Positions 36,488 through 38,736 of a stretch of DNA of 38,736 nucleotides are shown in pieces; the stretch's first letter is position 1; each line of letters begins with the position of its first letter. Source of the DNA: Octopus sinensis (taxonomy: Eukaryota); the NCBI RefSeq assembly GCF_006345805.1, contig NW_021835727.1, forward strand, positions 1-38,736. Reading direction: 5' to 3'. Position numbers and translations under genes: made by a program. The notes below the pieces were generated by a model. That model was not told the origin of the DNA. It made no database searches and saw only the letters and a list, made by a program, of their open reading frames with translations.

Positions 36488-37646
36488 TATACCTATAAAG
36501 CAGATACATATAAAGAAATGTCAGAGACAAACTCCCAAAAACTTCCACAAATAAAAAAAGTATCAGCAGTTTTTTGTTTTGTGCCAGTTTCTCATTTTTG
36601 GCCTGTCTTCTTCTTTCATAAACAGTATTTTGAAAATTTCTGCTTTCCACATTAACCTCGCCTCACTCAATGCTTTTCTACTGAAATGCCTCTCAGTTTC
36701 GCTTCCTACTTAGTAATATTCTAAATTCTTACAAAAACTCTTCGACTCAATCGAGTACATTAAAGTTATGTTAAGCACCTTAACTTCAAACTTCTGAATA
36801 TGTATAGACATTCTATATTAATGTTATATTCACAGACTGAAGGATTCCTAGCAGAAAATTAAAGAATGTCACTTTGTAAATATATACAAGACATGCGTAC
36901 GTACAAAAAATTATAGAAGCAAGCAGATGGAATGAACAGGCTTTGATCACAAATCACGACAATTGTTTTTGTGCTTTGGTAACAGCTGTTAATTGCTGAT
37001 TTTTCCATATCATACTATAACATAAATAATTGCACAAATGCGTACCGGCGCATCATCAGGTGAGTGGCTTTGACAGCACTGGTTGGTCACGTATAAGGGA
37101 GAGCTTCATGGCCGCAGTTAAAAAGTGACTGAAACAAGTGTAAGAATAAAAGAATATATATACACGCGCGTACACACACATAAATACACGGGGCACTCAC
37201 ACATTCCCCCCACACAAGTGCGCTCGCCAATACACATACACACACGCATACATTATCCTCACACACGCACACACACACACATGCTTTCGCGCACACACTT
37301 TGACCCGGTCACTGTTGTCTCCCTTGCCACTCTTGTCTCCAACCACTTCCTTCCTTCCGGTCAATTCAACATCTACAACCGTTAATCCGGACACGTTGCT
37401 CTCCTCTCCGTTTCTTTTATCTTTCCTCTCTCCATTTCTTCTCTCTTCTTTCCGTCGACCCCCGAAGCACTTACTTATTTCGCTTAATGCTTAATCCAGC
37501 ATTGGGATTAGCACTATATAGACATTTGTATTCTTACCGTAATTCCCTCGGACAGAATAATCCTAATATACAGGGGATCGCGAGCGACCTCGTTGCTGCC
37601 ACAAGCGTAGGCTCGTTGTTGCTGTTGTAATTAATATTGTTGATTA

Positions 37647-38008
37647 GTGGTATTTCGTCTGTCTTTACGGTTTGAGTTCAAATTTCGCCGAGGTCGACTT
37701 TGCCTTTCATCTTTTCGGAGTCAATAAATTAAGTACCAGTCACGCACTGTGGTCGATAAAATAGACTTAATCCGTTTGTCTGTCCTTGTTTCTCCTCTCT
37801 GTGTTTAGCCCCTTGTGGGTAGTAAAGAAATAGAAATAGGTATTTCGTCTGTTTTTACGTTTTGAGTTCAAATTTCGCCGAGGTCGACTTTGCCTTTCAT
37901 CCTCTCGGGGTCGATAAATTAAGTACCAGTTGCGTACTGGGGTCGATCAAATCAACTGCCCCACCCTCGAAAAAAAATTTCGGGCCTTGTGCTTAGAGTA
38001 GAAAAGAA
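37647..38008 (+). mobile_element. SINE B body in two tandem units
   Basis: GGTATTTCGTCTG...GAGTTCAAATTTCGCCGAGGTCGACTTTGCCTTTCATC occurs near 37649 and 37839. Confidence 0.88.
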
Positions 38009-38539
38009 TTAATATTGTTGATGTTGCTGTTATGTTTGGTGATGATGATGACGATGATAACGATGCTATCTCTAAGATAATCCCGTTTGATATATATTTC
38101 TGTGGCAAGGGTTGCTGTTGACGTTATGGGCCTTTTCTTTGACGTCATTGGCGTTGTTGACGCTGGGATTTTTGCTGACGCTTTGCCATTATTGTTGTTG
38201 TTGTTGCTGTTGTTATTATTATTATTGTTGTTGTTTTTGATAATGATGTCGTTCGTGCTGTTGCTGTTGCTATTGCGTCGTTGTTTCAAACGACGCATGA
38301 ATTATTTAGTAGCTGGCAATGTAAACTTCGGCGTGAAACCCGAGTCAGAAGATAAAAAAATTAACTTGCAATAAAGTACACATGTGTGTATATGTATATG
38401 TATGTATGTGCATGTGTATATATACATACACACACATACACAAATGTACATATATGTACATAAATATGCATATGTACATAAATATATACATATTTATGTA
38501 TATATTTATGTGCATGATAGATCGTAGCCACTACACACA

Positions 38540-38696
38540 TTTTTTCTCTCCTTGTGTTTTTCTTTGTCCCTTTCTGTAGAAGAGCGTAGGCTCGAAACGT
38601 AAAAGACTGTTTCTATTCCTGAGCGTTATACTAATACACCTTTTTGTTTTGTACACCACCTGTCTTCGTCTTTTGTTTTTTCGTAAACTCTCCCTA
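38540..38696 (+). mobile_element. Short element with hammerhead-like fold (38570-38605), ending in (TA)n
   Basis: CTTT-CTGTAGA-A-GAGC-GTAG-GCTC-GAAAC-GTA-AAAG, then TTCCTGAGCGTTA. Confidence 0.65.
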
Positions 38697-38736
38697 TATA
38701 TATATATTTATATATAAGTTCTTCTGGATTCAAGTG

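Overview
Eukaryotic, AT-rich, repeat-saturated DNA with no recognisable host gene. The mix of (TA)n/(CA)n/(ATGT)n/(TAA)n/(CAT)n microsatellites and tRNA-derived SINEs looks like a coleoid cephalopod, probably Octopus (inference), so this is likely intronic or intergenic. Almost all ORFs in the track are microsatellite artefacts. Real coding remnants are all decayed transposons: a CR1-group LINE RT (3943-5560, -), three RTE-group 3' ends, an R4/Dong-type CCHC+restriction-like endonuclease end lying in (TAA)n, a DD37D (maT) transposase fragment, and a full-length ~1.5 kb DD37E (TRT-like) Tc1 element with ~185-bp TIRs. The most interesting signal is non-coding. About ten short elements, from several unrelated sequence families, carry minimal type-I hammerhead-ribozyme folds (CUGAnGA-stemII-GAAAC-short stemIII-NUH). 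Most end in a (TA)n tract 100-200 nt 3' of the cleavage site, and two fold back into palindromes at or beside the GAAA. They resemble solo pseudo-LTRs or retrozyme-like derivatives of Penelope-like elements. The window also shows two SINE/LINE pairs sharing 3' tails (one with compensatory stem changes), modular head/tail swapping among SINEs, and a dense TGACA cluster that may be regulatory. All alignments and counts were done by eye, and boundaries are approximate.
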